64,000 nucleotides of DNA, from assembly GCA_050173015.1 (NCBI GenBank), contig JBFXLE010000009.1:98913-162912 (forward strand), in the 5' to 3' direction. Below the pieces are notes generated by a model. The model was given only the letters and a program-made list of their open reading frames with translations. It made no database searches and was not told the DNA's origin. Shown one piece after another: positions 45,476 through 55,536 of the stretch. The position numbers were made by a program, and so were the translations under genes. The stretch's first letter is position 1. Every line of letters begins with the position of its first letter. This DNA comes from Calditrichaceae bacterium. Lineage in GTDB: Bacteria; Calditrichota; Calditrichia; Calditrichales; JBFXGD01.

Positions 45476-46423
45476 ATGGAAAAAATTGTTCCGTTTATAG
45501 TTGGTCCGACAGGAGTGGGGAAAACCGGACTTTCAGTATTGCTTGCGGATCGTTTGCCAGTCGAGATCGTTTCGGCCGATTCGCGTCAAATTTACAGATA
45601 TATGAATATTGGTACCGCAAAACCGGGCGAAGATATATTAAAAAGAATTCCGCATCATTTTATTGACACACTGGATCCTGAAGACTATTATAGCTCCGGC
45701 ATGTATTCTGATGAAGCCAGAAAAGTCATCGATGAGATTTTTGACCGGGGAAAACTGCCGGTAGTGGTGGGAGGGTCCGGTTTTTACATTAATTCGCTTA
45801 TGGACGGCATCTGCAAACTGGACGCGCGGGATGAAAAAGTGCGCGTATCACTCAGGCATCGGATCATGCAGGAAGGCGTTCATGCCTTATATGAAGAACT
45901 GGCGGGAATAGACCCTGATTTTGCGCGATCCATCACTCCATCAGACCGGCAAAGAATTATCCGAGGATTGGAAGTTTTCATTGTTACCGGAAAAAAACTT
46001 TCGGAATGGCATGAAGACGATGGCGAGGCGGCCGGTTTCAAGCCGATGATCATTGGTCTCCATACAGACAGAAAACTTTTATACGAAAGAATAAACAATC
46101 GGGTGGATCAAATGATGGAGGATGGTCTGATTGTTGAAGTTACGCGCCTTGAAAAAATGGGATACGGTCCGGAATTAAATTCATTGAATACGGTTGGCTA
46201 CAAAGAAGTATTTCAATATTTTCAGAATGAGATTACCTTAGAGGAAATGATAGAATTAATTAAGCGCAATACGAGACACTATTCCAAGCGGCAAATGACC
46301 TGGTTTAAAAAAGATGATCGGATTTCCTGGAAAGAAATATGGGATGAGAATTCTGTCAAAAGCCTTTCTGAAGAGCTGATACCGATACTGGAATCGATCT
46401 TAGAACAAAATAATAAAGAATAA
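45476..46423 (+). CDS. miaA: tRNA dimethylallyltransferase
   Basis: GPTGVGKT P-loop, SADSRQIYRYMNIGTAKP and YSKRQMTWFK. Confidence 0.9.
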   Translation: MEKIVPFIVGPTGVGKTGLSVLLADRLPVEIVSADSRQIYRYMNIGTAKPGEDILKRIPHHFIDTLDPEDYYSSGMYSDEARKVIDEIFDRGKLPVVVGGSGFYINSLMDGICKLDARDEKVRVSLRHRIMQEGVHALYEELAGIDPDFARSITPSDRQRIIRGLEVFIVTGKKLSEWHEDDGEAAGFKPMIIGLHTDRKLLYERINNRVDQMMEDGLIVEVTRLEKMGYGPELNSLNTVGYKEVFQYFQNEITLEEMIELIKRNTRHYSKRQMTWFKKDDRISWKEIWDENSVKSLSEELIPILESILEQNNKE

Positions 46424-46496
46424 TTACAGAAAATAGCAAACACAATAAATCAATCCCGATCATAATAACGTGATCGTAAAAATACGAGAAATAGAT

Positions 46497-47906
46497 ATGA
46501 AATTAAATAATTTAATCCGCATATCCATCGGCTTGATGGCAGCCCTTTCGTTTGGACACGCGAATGAACCGCTCAGTTCCGGAATGCGAGGAAATGTATT
46601 TAACAGCGCTTATCTCTCTGCTGACAGCCTGGAACAGATCGCTCTGCCGGAGAACAGCGATGACTACGGCCAAAGTGAAACAAAAAAATCAAAAATGAGC
46701 ATTACCGCTCTTCCGTTTGGTGTTTACAGTGAAATATTTAAATGGGGGGTTGGAGCTTTTGTTGGGATTCAGGGACTCTCACAGGAAAATATGTCTCTTT
46801 ATATGGGGGGACTGATCAGCACCAATGATACCCGCTATGGTTTTATACAATTCAGGGAATTTTATCTGCCGTTTTTTCCGAGACTGTATTTTGAACCGGA
46901 TATCCTTGGAGGCTATTTTGGTATTCTGAAAATGTACAGAGACATGCCCGGCATGTTTCCGGATGCTGAGGCCAGGCCCGGAAGTAATGAATCAGATGAA
47001 GATGACTATATGGAAGTCAGCGGATCTGATCAATGGTATGAATTCAATATTCGCTATCTTCTTCCCATCGGGCATGGTAAAGAGAAAGCGCGTTTTCATC
47101 CTATCTTGAAAAACGGTATTTTGGTGTCAGGTGAAACCGGAGGAACGCACTGGAATCCGCTGAAAAGCGGACGCACTTTTATCGATTTGATGCCCTTTTA
47201 CAGAAAACGGATTTCATTCGCCACAACCGGTCTTGAATTCGCTTTGACACATGAGAATATGGATTTTTTCAATAATCCTACCAGGGGTAGTTACAAAAAG
47301 TTCGCGCTCCGGAGGGACTGGGGAGCGTTTGATAGCTCAGCGCCATGGACAGTGGTAGAAACCGACTGGAGATGGTATCTTCCGTTGAATGAGATCCTTT
47401 TCGGTTACAGCCAGGACGACCCCTCTAAGCCTTTACCGCGTGTGCTTGCCCTGAACTTCTGGACTATTCAGACATTAACCTGGGATGCCTGGCATATAGA
47501 CGGCACTAATCCGGATGGATCGCCAAAAGTAGTATATCACCGTCCGCCATCATATACGGGCGCCTATCTCGGTGGCCGTTACCGTATGCGGGCATTTTAT
47601 GAAGGACGATTTAATGACCGGGCGGCAATTTACTACGGAGCGGAATACCGGCAAATTATTAAATGGAATCCATTCAATTCATGGTCATTAACGAGAAAAT
47701 TAAAGATACAGTGGGTCCAGCTTGCCGCGTTCGGAGAGCTGGGGAGAGTCGCGCCGGAATGGAAACCATCTACTCTGCATGAGGATATGAAATGGAGCGC
47801 CGGCGGCGGTTTCCGGATAATGATGAACAATCTTGTGCTTAGAGTTGACGCCGGGATAAGCAGGGAAGGTCTTCTGACACAGATGTATGTGGATCATGCA
47901 TTCTAA
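46497..47906 (+). CDS. Outer-membrane beta-barrel protein (Omp85/surface-antigen-like)
   Basis: Signal peptide MKLNNLIRISIGLMAALSFGHA, an aromatic-rich alternating pattern, and a C-terminal ...VDHAF ending in Phe. Confidence 0.5.
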   Translation: MKLNNLIRISIGLMAALSFGHANEPLSSGMRGNVFNSAYLSADSLEQIALPENSDDYGQSETKKSKMSITALPFGVYSEIFKWGVGAFVGIQGLSQENMSLYMGGLISTNDTRYGFIQFREFYLPFFPRLYFEPDILGGYFGILKMYRDMPGMFPDAEARPGSNESDEDDYMEVSGSDQWYEFNIRYLLPIGHGKEKARFHPILKNGILVSGETGGTHWNPLKSGRTFIDLMPFYRKRISFATTGLEFALTHENMDFFNNPTRGSYKKFALRRDWGAFDSSAPWTVVETDWRWYLPLNEILFGYSQDDPSKPLPRVLALNFWTIQTLTWDAWHIDGTNPDGSPKVVYHRPPSYTGAYLGGRYRMRAFYEGRFNDRAAIYYGAEYRQIIKWNPFNSWSLTRKLKIQWVQLAAFGELGRVAPEWKPSTLHEDMKWSAGGGFRIMMNNLVLRVDAGISREGLLTQMYVDHAF

Positions 47907-47926
47907 AATAAGGATATGGTATTGAG

Positions 47927-49354
47927 ATGAATAAATCACACTTTATGGAAAAAAGAGCCAAAATGGTCTGTACCATTGGACCGGCGAGTCAGTCAGAGGA
48001 AATAATGACACAACTGATTATGGCCGGTATGGATGTGGCGCGTTTAAATTTTTCGCACGGAACTCACGATGAACACCTGAAAAGTATTGAAATGATCCGT
48101 CGGGTATCCGATAAACTCAATAAACCAATTGCCATTTTACAGGACCTTCAGGGGCCTAAAATAAGAATCGGGAAATTTAGCGATGGACCGGTTACTATCC
48201 AGCAGGGTGATGAATTCACTATATCTACCAAGGATCGGCCGGGTGATTCAAAAGGTGTCAGTACAACCTACAAAAATCTCTCCAATGATGTGTCCGCGGG
48301 TGACACTATTCTTATCAATGATGGATTGATAAAGCTCAATGTTAAAGAAAAAAACGAAACCGATGTAATATGTATCGTAGTTAACGGCGGTGTCTTGTAT
48401 GATCATAAGGGTATCAATCTTCCCGGTGTTAAGATATCGGAACCATCTTTGACGAAGAAAGATGAGAAGGATCTGAAATTTGGGCTTGAACACGGTATTG
48501 ATTATGTGGCGTTATCCTTTGTGCGGAATGCGGAAATTCTTCGGGAAATCAAAAGGAAAATGGGAAATAATGTCATTCCCGTAGTCGCGAAGCTGGAAAA
48601 ACCGGAAGCTCTCGAAAATCTGGATGAAATTATTGAAGAAGCAGATGTGATAATGGTCGCGAGGGGTGATCTTGGGGTTGAGATTTTACCTGAGAAAGTA
48701 CCTGTCGTCCAGAAACAAATCATCGAAAAGTGCAGATCAGCGGGAGTACCGGTGATCACGGCGACACAAATGCTCGATTCCATGATGGTAAATCCGGTTC
48801 CTACACGCGCTGAGGCATCAGATGTGGCAAATGCCATATTTGATGGTTCGGATGCAGTGATGCTGTCCGGTGAAACCGCATTCGGAAAATATCCTGTTGA
48901 ATCAGTGCAGATGATGCACCGCATTATCTGTGAAGCGGAGAAGGGGAAATACTTTCGTCTGAATAGTGATATTCTTCAGCGAGAGAAGCCGGATTCATTT
49001 TCGGAATCGATCTGCCATTCCGCGGCGGTCAGCGCCCGCGATATTAATGCCCGATACATTGTGGTTTTTACCGAGAGCGGATATACGGCAAAAATCATGT
49101 CAAAATTCCGGCCGTGCGTTCCTGTCCTGGCCTTAACGCGTCATTCGAAAACCTTGAGACGTCTGGCTTTATATTGGGGAACGGTACCGCTGCATATGGA
49201 CAAAAAGGTGGAAGTGAAACAGGGGCTTGAAAATCTGGAAAACCGTCTTTCTCAGGATAATTTAATAAGTAGTGATGACACACTGGTAATTATCGCGGGT
49301 TCTATGATGGAAGAGGGTGGCACAAATATGATGCGTCTCCATCGAGTGAAATAA
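47927..49354 (+). CDS. pyk: Pyruvate kinase
   Basis: KMVCTIGPAS, ARLNFSHG, MVARGDLGVE and the rest of the pattern. The start may be 47945. Confidence 0.9.
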   Translation: MNKSHFMEKRAKMVCTIGPASQSEEIMTQLIMAGMDVARLNFSHGTHDEHLKSIEMIRRVSDKLNKPIAILQDLQGPKIRIGKFSDGPVTIQQGDEFTISTKDRPGDSKGVSTTYKNLSNDVSAGDTILINDGLIKLNVKEKNETDVICIVVNGGVLYDHKGINLPGVKISEPSLTKKDEKDLKFGLEHGIDYVALSFVRNAEILREIKRKMGNNVIPVVAKLEKPEALENLDEIIEEADVIMVARGDLGVEILPEKVPVVQKQIIEKCRSAGVPVITATQMLDSMMVNPVPTRAEASDVANAIFDGSDAVMLSGETAFGKYPVESVQMMHRIICEAEKGKYFRLNSDILQREKPDSFSESICHSAAVSARDINARYIVVFTESGYTAKIMSKFRPCVPVLALTRHSKTLRRLALYWGTVPLHMDKKVEVKQGLENLENRLSQDNLISSDDTLVIIAGSMMEEGGTNMMRLHRVK

Positions 49355-49368
49355 ATGATTTGTACATC

Positions 49369-50379
49369 ATGAGCAATAAATTTAAGAAACTGTTTTTTAT
49401 TGATAATATGGATCAAATGGATCCTGCGGTTAATCTTGCCATCGAGGAATTTTCTGTCAGGAACCTGAGTATTGAAAATGATTACTTTTTTGTTTATCGA
49501 AATAACCCTTCCGTTATTGTAGGCAGACATCAGAATATTTTTGAGGAAGTCGATCAAAAGTATGCCCGGTTGACTAAAACTCCTGTATTTAGAAGAATTT
49601 CAGGCGGAGGCACGGTCTATCACGACCCGGGAAATATTAATTTCACATATATAACCCGCCACACTTTCGAAAAATTTAATAATTATCGTATGTTTATAAC
49701 GCCGGTGATCCGCTCATTGAAAGAGATGTCCGTCCCGGCCGTTTTAAACAACAGAAACGATATTATGGTTGAAAATAAAAAGGTATCAGGAAACGCGCAG
49801 TTTACCAGCAGGGACCGCATGATGAGTCATGGGACTCTATTGTTCGATACGGATTTAGCGCGTCTTCGGAAAGCGTTAAAAAAAACTGACGGCGAAATAG
49901 AATCAAAGAGTACAAAATCCGTTCGAAGCTCGGTTACTAATATTCGGGAATATTTTAGTCAAAAAATCGATATAAATACATTTACGCGACTATTGATAAA
50001 TAATGTCTCAAGCGAATGGCATGACTTTTCAATATATAAGTTTGATGACGCGCAATGGGATGAGATTTACCGACTGGCCAGGAATAAATATGATTCCTGG
50101 GACTGGAATTACGGTCAATCTCCAAAATTTAAAATAAAGAAATGTGATTACATCTCGGGAACACAGATTAAAGCAGAACTTGAGATACTGAACGGAATAA
50201 TTCATAGTTGTTTGTTAATATCTTCCGCTGACCAAATGGCTGATATGAATGAACTGGGACAACTTTTTAACGGTCACAGATATTATTATGACGATATCTG
50301 GCATCTGTTAAGCGGTGTCGATTTAAAGCACTACTTTAAGAATGTGACAAATATTGAATTTATCAATTTGCTATGTTAG
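49369..50379 (+). CDS. lplA: Lipoate-protein ligase A
   Basis: NLAIEE, VVGRHQN, RRISGGGTVYHDPGN and KVSGNAQ motifs. I prefer the ATG at 49369 over the TTG at 49360. Confidence 0.8.
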   Translation: MSNKFKKLFFIDNMDQMDPAVNLAIEEFSVRNLSIENDYFFVYRNNPSVIVGRHQNIFEEVDQKYARLTKTPVFRRISGGGTVYHDPGNINFTYITRHTFEKFNNYRMFITPVIRSLKEMSVPAVLNNRNDIMVENKKVSGNAQFTSRDRMMSHGTLLFDTDLARLRKALKKTDGEIESKSTKSVRSSVTNIREYFSQKIDINTFTRLLINNVSSEWHDFSIYKFDDAQWDEIYRLARNKYDSWDWNYGQSPKFKIKKCDYISGTQIKAELEILNGIIHSCLLISSADQMADMNELGQLFNGHRYYYDDIWHLLSGVDLKHYFKNVTNIEFINLLC

Positions 50380-50403
50380 GATCCATAATACAGAAGGTGT
50401 GGA

Positions 50404-51156
50404 ATGAGACCATTGGCAATCATTACAGGCGCGGGCTCCGGCATAGGAAAAGCGCTCACTCTTCGTCTTGCGGAAAAAAATGTGGATGTGATCGCGGTGG
50501 GCAGGAGAATATCAAAACTTGAGTCAACTCAAAAGGAAAATCCGGCGCGAATAAAAATTGTACAGGCGGATGTGGGTAACGATGATGGCCGTGAAAAAAT
50601 TGTCAAAGCCATTCCTTCAGGTCAGACGTTAAAATATCTTGTCCATAACGCGGCGGTGTTGGATCCGGTCATTCCTCTTAGCAGAATCAATATTAATGAC
50701 TGGAGAATTCATCAGGCGATTAATGTGGAGGGGCCGCTATTTCTCACACAAAAACTATTACCATCCATTAACGGCGGAAGAATCTTACATATATCATCAG
50801 GGGCGGCGCATCATCCTTACTCCGGCTGGGGAGCATACAGTACGTCCAAAGCGGCTCTTTATATGTTGTATCTTGTATTACGCGAGGAACTTAAGGACTC
50901 TGATATTCGAATAGGCAGTATTCGCCCCGGTGTGGTTGATACGCCGATGCAGGATAAAATCAGGGAAGTTCCTGAATCCGATTTCCCGGCATTACAAAAA
51001 TTTATCAATCTCAAAGAGCAAAATAAGTTGAGCGCGCCATCGATTGTCGCCAAATTCATATCATGGATTCTTTTGGAAACAGCGGATGACGAATTTTCAG
51101 CGCGGGAATGGGATATCCGGGATGAATCGCATCAGGAATTCTGGATGGAAGATTAG
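50404..51156 (+). CDS. SDR family oxidoreductase
   Basis: ITGAGSGIGKAL cofactor motif and YSTSKAAL catalytic motif. Confidence 0.8.
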   Translation: MRPLAIITGAGSGIGKALTLRLAEKNVDVIAVGRRISKLESTQKENPARIKIVQADVGNDDGREKIVKAIPSGQTLKYLVHNAAVLDPVIPLSRININDWRIHQAINVEGPLFLTQKLLPSINGGRILHISSGAAHHPYSGWGAYSTSKAALYMLYLVLREELKDSDIRIGSIRPGVVDTPMQDKIREVPESDFPALQKFINLKEQNKLSAPSIVAKFISWILLETADDEFSAREWDIRDESHQEFWMED

Positions 51157-51188
51157 AAATCTTATTCATTAAAACAACCGGGAGAGAA

Positions 51189-51662
51189 ATGAAATACTGG
51201 CTGCTTAAAACGGAACCTAACGCGTTTTCATGGTCTGATTTAAGAAACGAAACAGACTTGTCAACATCCTGGGAGGGTGTTCGTAATTATCAGGCGCGGA
51301 ATTATATCCGCGATGATATGAAAAAGGGTGATTTGGCATTTATTTATCATAGTGTTGTTAAACCAATGGCCATTATGGGGATTTCTAAAATAATTAAAGA
51401 AGCGTATCCTGACCATTTTGCTTTTGATCCGGGGCATAAGTATTTCGATCCAAAAAGCAAACCGGAAAATCCGGCCTGGATGATGGTTGACATCCGGGCA
51501 TACAAGGAATTTGAGTCACCCGTTACACTGGATGAATTAAAAACCATCCCGGGTTTGGAAGACATGGTATTGCTGCAAAAAGGCAGCCGGTTATCCGTAC
51601 AGCCCGTCTCCGAAAAGGAATGGAATATAATCATTTCCATCAGAAAATTACTTGATCTCTGA
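51189..51662 (+). CDS. EVE domain protein
   Basis: MKYWLLKTEPNAFSWSDL...GVRNYQARNYIRD, typical of the EVE/PUA-like fold. Confidence 0.75.
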   Translation: MKYWLLKTEPNAFSWSDLRNETDLSTSWEGVRNYQARNYIRDDMKKGDLAFIYHSVVKPMAIMGISKIIKEAYPDHFAFDPGHKYFDPKSKPENPAWMMVDIRAYKEFESPVTLDELKTIPGLEDMVLLQKGSRLSVQPVSEKEWNIIISIRKLLDL

Positions 51663-51733
51663 GAATTATTTTTAGGATCAGGTTTTGATATTAAATGAGA
51701 CAATCAATTTTATCTGTGATCTGAAAGGTTTTT

Positions 51734-52261
51734 ATGGGGGAAGAGTTTCGTAAGGTTGAAGCATCGTCAAAAAAAGACATATACGATTTACTGGTAAGGC
51801 AAGTAAAAAGTCTGCTGGAAAGCGAAAGGGATTTAATCGCCAATATGGCGAATATTTCCTCTGTCCTTTATCATACTTTATCAGATATAAACTGGGCCGG
51901 ATTTTATCTGCTGAAAGATAATCAGCTTGTTCTCGGACCATTTCAGGGGCTGCCCGCCTGTGTCCGGCTGCCGATGGGCGGGGGAGTGTGCGGTAAAAGC
52001 GCGGAAAGCGGGAAGACGGTTATTGTACCGAATGTGCATGAATTTGAAGGCCATATAGCCTGTGACAGCGCGTCAAATTCGGAAATTGTCGTGCCCGTCA
52101 TCTCGGAAAAGGGATTGTTCGGGGTACTGGATTTGGATAGCCCGAAGATTGCCACCTTTGATGAAACAGATAAAACGGGTCTTGAGGAAATTATATCTGT
52201 TTTTATACGTCATACGGATTTTGGAGGAAGAAAAAATCTTACTACCCGGAAGTCTAAATGA
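51734..52261 (+). CDS. msrC: GAF domain protein, free methionine-(R)-sulfoxide reductase-like
   Basis: NWAGFYL...LGPFQGLPACVRLPMGGGVCG...HIACDSASNSEIVVP matches the fRMsr family. Confidence 0.7.
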   Translation: MGEEFRKVEASSKKDIYDLLVRQVKSLLESERDLIANMANISSVLYHTLSDINWAGFYLLKDNQLVLGPFQGLPACVRLPMGGGVCGKSAESGKTVIVPNVHEFEGHIACDSASNSEIVVPVISEKGLFGVLDLDSPKIATFDETDKTGLEEIISVFIRHTDFGGRKNLTTRKSK

Positions 52262-52803
52262 ATTACTGCAGTAATTGCGGAGAAAAAGTTGCTCTCATGA
52301 TTCCGGCCGGAGACACCATTCCAAGATTTGTCTGTGAATCCTGCGGCGCCATCCATTACATTAATCCCAGGATGATTGTTGGGTGCATTCCTGTACTCAA
52401 TGATCAAATTATGCTTTGCAGGAGATCCATTGAACCGTGCATGGGGTTGTGGACTATTCCAGCGGGATTTATGGAGAATGATGAAACCGTTGAGGAAGGG
52501 GCTGTCAGGGAGACCATTGAAGAAACAAATTCACTGATAGAAATTGAGCGATTACACACGGTTTACAGTATCCCTCAGATAAATCAGGTTTATTTATTGT
52601 TTTTGGCAAAAATAAATAATTTTATTGAAAAACCAGGGCATGAATGTTCCGAGGTAAAATTATTTCATATTACAGAAATCCCCTGGGATCATATTGCTTT
52701 TAGCGCGGTAAAATACGCGCTTAGAAAATATATCGAGGACAATGACTCAAATAGCAAATCCATGGGAAACCAAGCGGTTCATCTTGGTGTACATGAAGAC
52801 TGA
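52258..52803 (+). CDS. NUDIX hydrolase with an N-terminal zinc ribbon
   Basis: CSNCG...CESCG, and the Nudix box GFMENDETVEEGAVRETIEET. Confidence 0.8.
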   Translation: MNYCSNCGEKVALMIPAGDTIPRFVCESCGAIHYINPRMIVGCIPVLNDQIMLCRRSIEPCMGLWTIPAGFMENDETVEEGAVRETIEETNSLIEIERLHTVYSIPQINQVYLLFLAKINNFIEKPGHECSEVKLFHITEIPWDHIAFSAVKYALRKYIEDNDSNSKSMGNQAVHLGVHED

Positions 52804-52820
52804 ATGGAGATTATAACGGG

Positions 52821-53852
52821 ATGATGTCTGAAAAAAGTTTCGCCAGTGATAATAATTCCGGTGTTCATAAAAACATCATGAACGCTATCTTAAAATGTAA
52901 TTCCGGACATACGATTGGTTATGGGGAGGATCCATATACTGAATCAGCGATCAAAAAATTCAAGACTGTTTTTGGCGAAGACGCGGATATTTATTTCGTG
53001 TATGGAGGTACCGGCGCCAATGTGCTGGGTTTGACGGCGGCGACTCAAACATATAATTCAATCATTTGCGCGGAAACCGCTCATATTAATGTTGATGAAT
53101 GCGGGGCGCCGGAAAAATTCAGCGGATGTAAGCTGTTGTCTATTCCTACCGAAGACGGGAAAATCCGGATCGGCCAGATAAAACCCCATATGCATGGATT
53201 CGGCTTTCCGCACCATTCGCAGCCCGGAGTGATCTCCATAACTCAGCCAACTGAAATGGGAACCCTGTATACCATCGATGAAATCAGAGAAATTGCGGAA
53301 TTTGCGCACCACTATGGTCTTTTTCTTCATATGGACGGAGCCAGAATATCAAATGCCGCTGCTGCGATGAACACCGGATTTAGAGAGATGACGCGGGATG
53401 CAGGTGTGGATTTACTGTCATTTGGCGGAACAAAAAATGGTCTCATGTTTGGTGAAGCAGTTATTTTTTTTCACAAAAACATGTCCGAAAATTTCAAATA
53501 TATCAGAAAGCAGGGAATGCAGCTGCACTCAAAAATGAGGTATATAGCCGTTCAGTTTGAAGCATTTTTGTCGGAGGATCTCTGGCTAAAAAATGCCCGG
53601 CATGCTAACAGCATGGCCGCGTTGCTGGCCATGAAACTTAAGGGTTTTGATCAAATCATTTTGACCCAACCGGTTCAGACAAACGCCGTTTTTGCAGTAA
53701 TCCCTAAAAATATTATAAAACCGTTGCAAAACGAGTATTTCTTTTATGTCTGGAATGAGAATACCAATGAAGTAAGATGGATGACTTCGTATGATACGGA
53801 AGAACAAGACGTGGACCGTTTTGTGATGTCCATAAAACACCATTTAAAATAA
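52821..53852 (+). CDS. ltaE: Low-specificity L-threonine aldolase
   Basis: FASDNNSGVH, HMDGARISNA and SFGGTKNG (PLP lysine). Confidence 0.8.
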   Translation: MMSEKSFASDNNSGVHKNIMNAILKCNSGHTIGYGEDPYTESAIKKFKTVFGEDADIYFVYGGTGANVLGLTAATQTYNSIICAETAHINVDECGAPEKFSGCKLLSIPTEDGKIRIGQIKPHMHGFGFPHHSQPGVISITQPTEMGTLYTIDEIREIAEFAHHYGLFLHMDGARISNAAAAMNTGFREMTRDAGVDLLSFGGTKNGLMFGEAVIFFHKNMSENFKYIRKQGMQLHSKMRYIAVQFEAFLSEDLWLKNARHANSMAALLAMKLKGFDQIILTQPVQTNAVFAVIPKNIIKPLQNEYFFYVWNENTNEVRWMTSYDTEEQDVDRFVMSIKHHLK

Positions 53853-53881
53853 AAAAAGCCGCTGAAACTATCAACGGCTTT
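53848..53881 (-). terminator. Rho-independent terminator downstream of tRNA-Ala
   Basis: On the minus strand: aaagccgttga-tagtt-tcagcggcttt, an 11-bp stem with one G-U pair, followed by a T run. Confidence 0.7.
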
Positions 53882-53885
53882 GATG

Positions 53886-53958
<73 letters not shown>

Positions 53959-54020
53959 AAAAGAGATGCCAAATATAAAGAAGGAATAAATTTGAGTCAA
54001 GAATATTTTTGTTGATTTTA

Positions 54021-54356
54021 CTATTTATAAATTTTGGTCTTTGCGCGCGCATTGTTGATGTAAATGATTTGATCCACACTCTCCCGAAGTCGCGCGAAAG
54101 ATTTTTTGCTTGAAAAAACAATTTCTTCCCTGTATTTCATCCCGTGTCGCTGTACATCAGACGCGTCGGCATAAAACAAAATTTTAGCATGATAAATTTG
54201 CTCCCAATACGCGTCAGACAAAAAATATACTCCATTATCTTCAAAATATATGTGAAGCAATTTTTTAGAACCGAGGTTCTCCTGAATAATTTTTAGTACT
54301 GATTTAACGCCGGAGTTGGTAGGTTGGGCATTTATAATAAATAAAATCTGTTTCAT
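54021..54356 (-). CDS. DsrE/DsrH (TusB)-like family protein
   Basis: 111 aa. LLHIYFEDNGVYFL...ILFYADASDVQRHGM loosely matches the DsrH/TusB pattern (DGVY ... D..aRG). This is a by-eye call. Confidence 0.35.
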   Translation of the reverse strand: MKQILFIINAQPTNSGVKSVLKIIQENLGSKKLLHIYFEDNGVYFLSDAYWEQIYHAKILFYADASDVQRHGMKYREEIVFSSKKSFARLRESVDQIIYINNARAKTKIYK

Positions 54357-54584
54357 TGTCCTAATTTTCCAATTAATTGAAAGTGACAGAAAAATAATTT
54401 GACTGGTCAGTTTGTATATTTGTTTTACATATAAAATTTCTCAAACAATTCAGTTCCATTTATACCTTGCTTCTGTTTTTTATTGAGTAGAAGTGGCAAG
54501 AAGTGTACCAAAAAAACAGGAAATAGATGATCGCTGATTAGAGTTTAATGAACATCGAATTGTTAAAAATAACCTAAAAAAATC

Positions 54585-54613
54585 TTGACAGATTTAGTTA
54601 ATCACTTTATATT
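54585..54613 (+). promoter_or_regulatory. Sigma-70-type promoter of the Rrf2-suf operon
   Basis: TTGACA, a 17-nt spacer, then TATATT, located about 95 bp upstream of the Rrf2 ATG. Confidence 0.6.
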
Positions 54614-54616
54614 TAG

Positions 54617-54686
54617 AAATGCGACAAAATTAGTCGGGTATCTGTCCCGATATTTTTTGGGAGCTAAATGCGACAAATTTGGTCGG
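54617..54686 (+). promoter_or_regulatory. Two direct copies of a palindromic operator candidate (Rrf2 binding sites)
   Basis: AAATGCGACAAAATTAGTCGG at 54617-54637 and AAATGCGACAAATTTGGTCGG at 54666-54686. Each contains CGAC-N7-GTCG dyad symmetry. Both lie between the promoter and the start codon. Confidence 0.55.
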
Positions 54687-54704
54687 ATATGGAGTGATTA
54701 AAAA

Positions 54705-55169
54705 ATGTTGAAATTGAGCAAAAAAATTGAATATGCGTTAATTGCAATGCTGGATCTGGCAAATCGTAATAAATACGACCTTGTGACCACAAAATTTCTG
54801 GCTAACAATTATCATATTCCTCAGGAAATTTTGGGAAAAGTATTGCAGTCATTGTCAAAAAAAGGACTGCTTGAATCAGTGCAGGGTGTTAAAGGCGGAT
54901 ATCTGCTATCCGGATCGATCGATGAAATTAATATTCGCGATGTCATCGAAGCCGTGGAAGGGCCGATTTCACTGATTTCGTGCAGTACGGGAAACATATG
55001 TGATTGTGAGCAAATAGCGAGGTGTAATATCAAAACACCCATGGAAATAATTCAGTATGAACTGGCCGAATTTTTTGGGGAAATTTCTTTAAGGGATGTA
55101 AAAGATCGGTATAAAAATATATTTCCGGTTAAATATTACGGTGTTGAAGGATCAACAAGTACTAACTAG
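54705..55169 (+). CDS. Rrf2 family transcriptional regulator (IscR/SufR-like)
   Basis: MLKLSKKIEYALIAMLDLA...LESVQGVKGGYLL, plus a Cys cluster (CSTGNICDCEQIARC). Confidence 0.8.
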   Translation: MLKLSKKIEYALIAMLDLANRNKYDLVTTKFLANNYHIPQEILGKVLQSLSKKGLLESVQGVKGGYLLSGSIDEINIRDVIEAVEGPISLISCSTGNICDCEQIARCNIKTPMEIIQYELAEFFGEISLRDVKDRYKNIFPVKYYGVEGSTSTN

Positions 55170-55197
55170 ACAGACTATATGCAGGAGATGATTTAGT

Positions 55198-55509
55198 ATG
55201 ACTACTGAACAAGAAATATTAGAATCCATGATGGTTGTTTATGACCCTGAAATTCGTGTGAATATTGTGGATCTCGGGTTGATATACAGTGTTGATTTAG
55301 CAGAAAACGGCCATGTTAAAATACGAATGACGCTCACATCGCCGGGGTGTCCGGTAAGCGGGCAAATTGAACGGGATATAAAAAAAGTAGTCAAACAGCA
55401 GGATGGTGTGCAGGATGTTGAAATTGAATTTGTCTGGGATCCGCCATGGGGTCCGGCAATGATGAGTGATGAAGCCAAATTGATGCTCGGCTATGATGTT
55501 GATATGTAA
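55198..55509 (+). CDS. DUF59/SufT-like Fe-S assembly protein (copy 1)
   Basis: VYDPEIRVNIVDLGLIY...MTLTSPGCP, the MIP18/DUF59 motif. Confidence 0.75.
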   Translation: MTTEQEILESMMVVYDPEIRVNIVDLGLIYSVDLAENGHVKIRMTLTSPGCPVSGQIERDIKKVVKQQDGVQDVEIEFVWDPPWGPAMMSDEAKLMLGYDVDM

Positions 55510-55536
55510 TCATTTAAACAAAAAGGCCATCATTAT

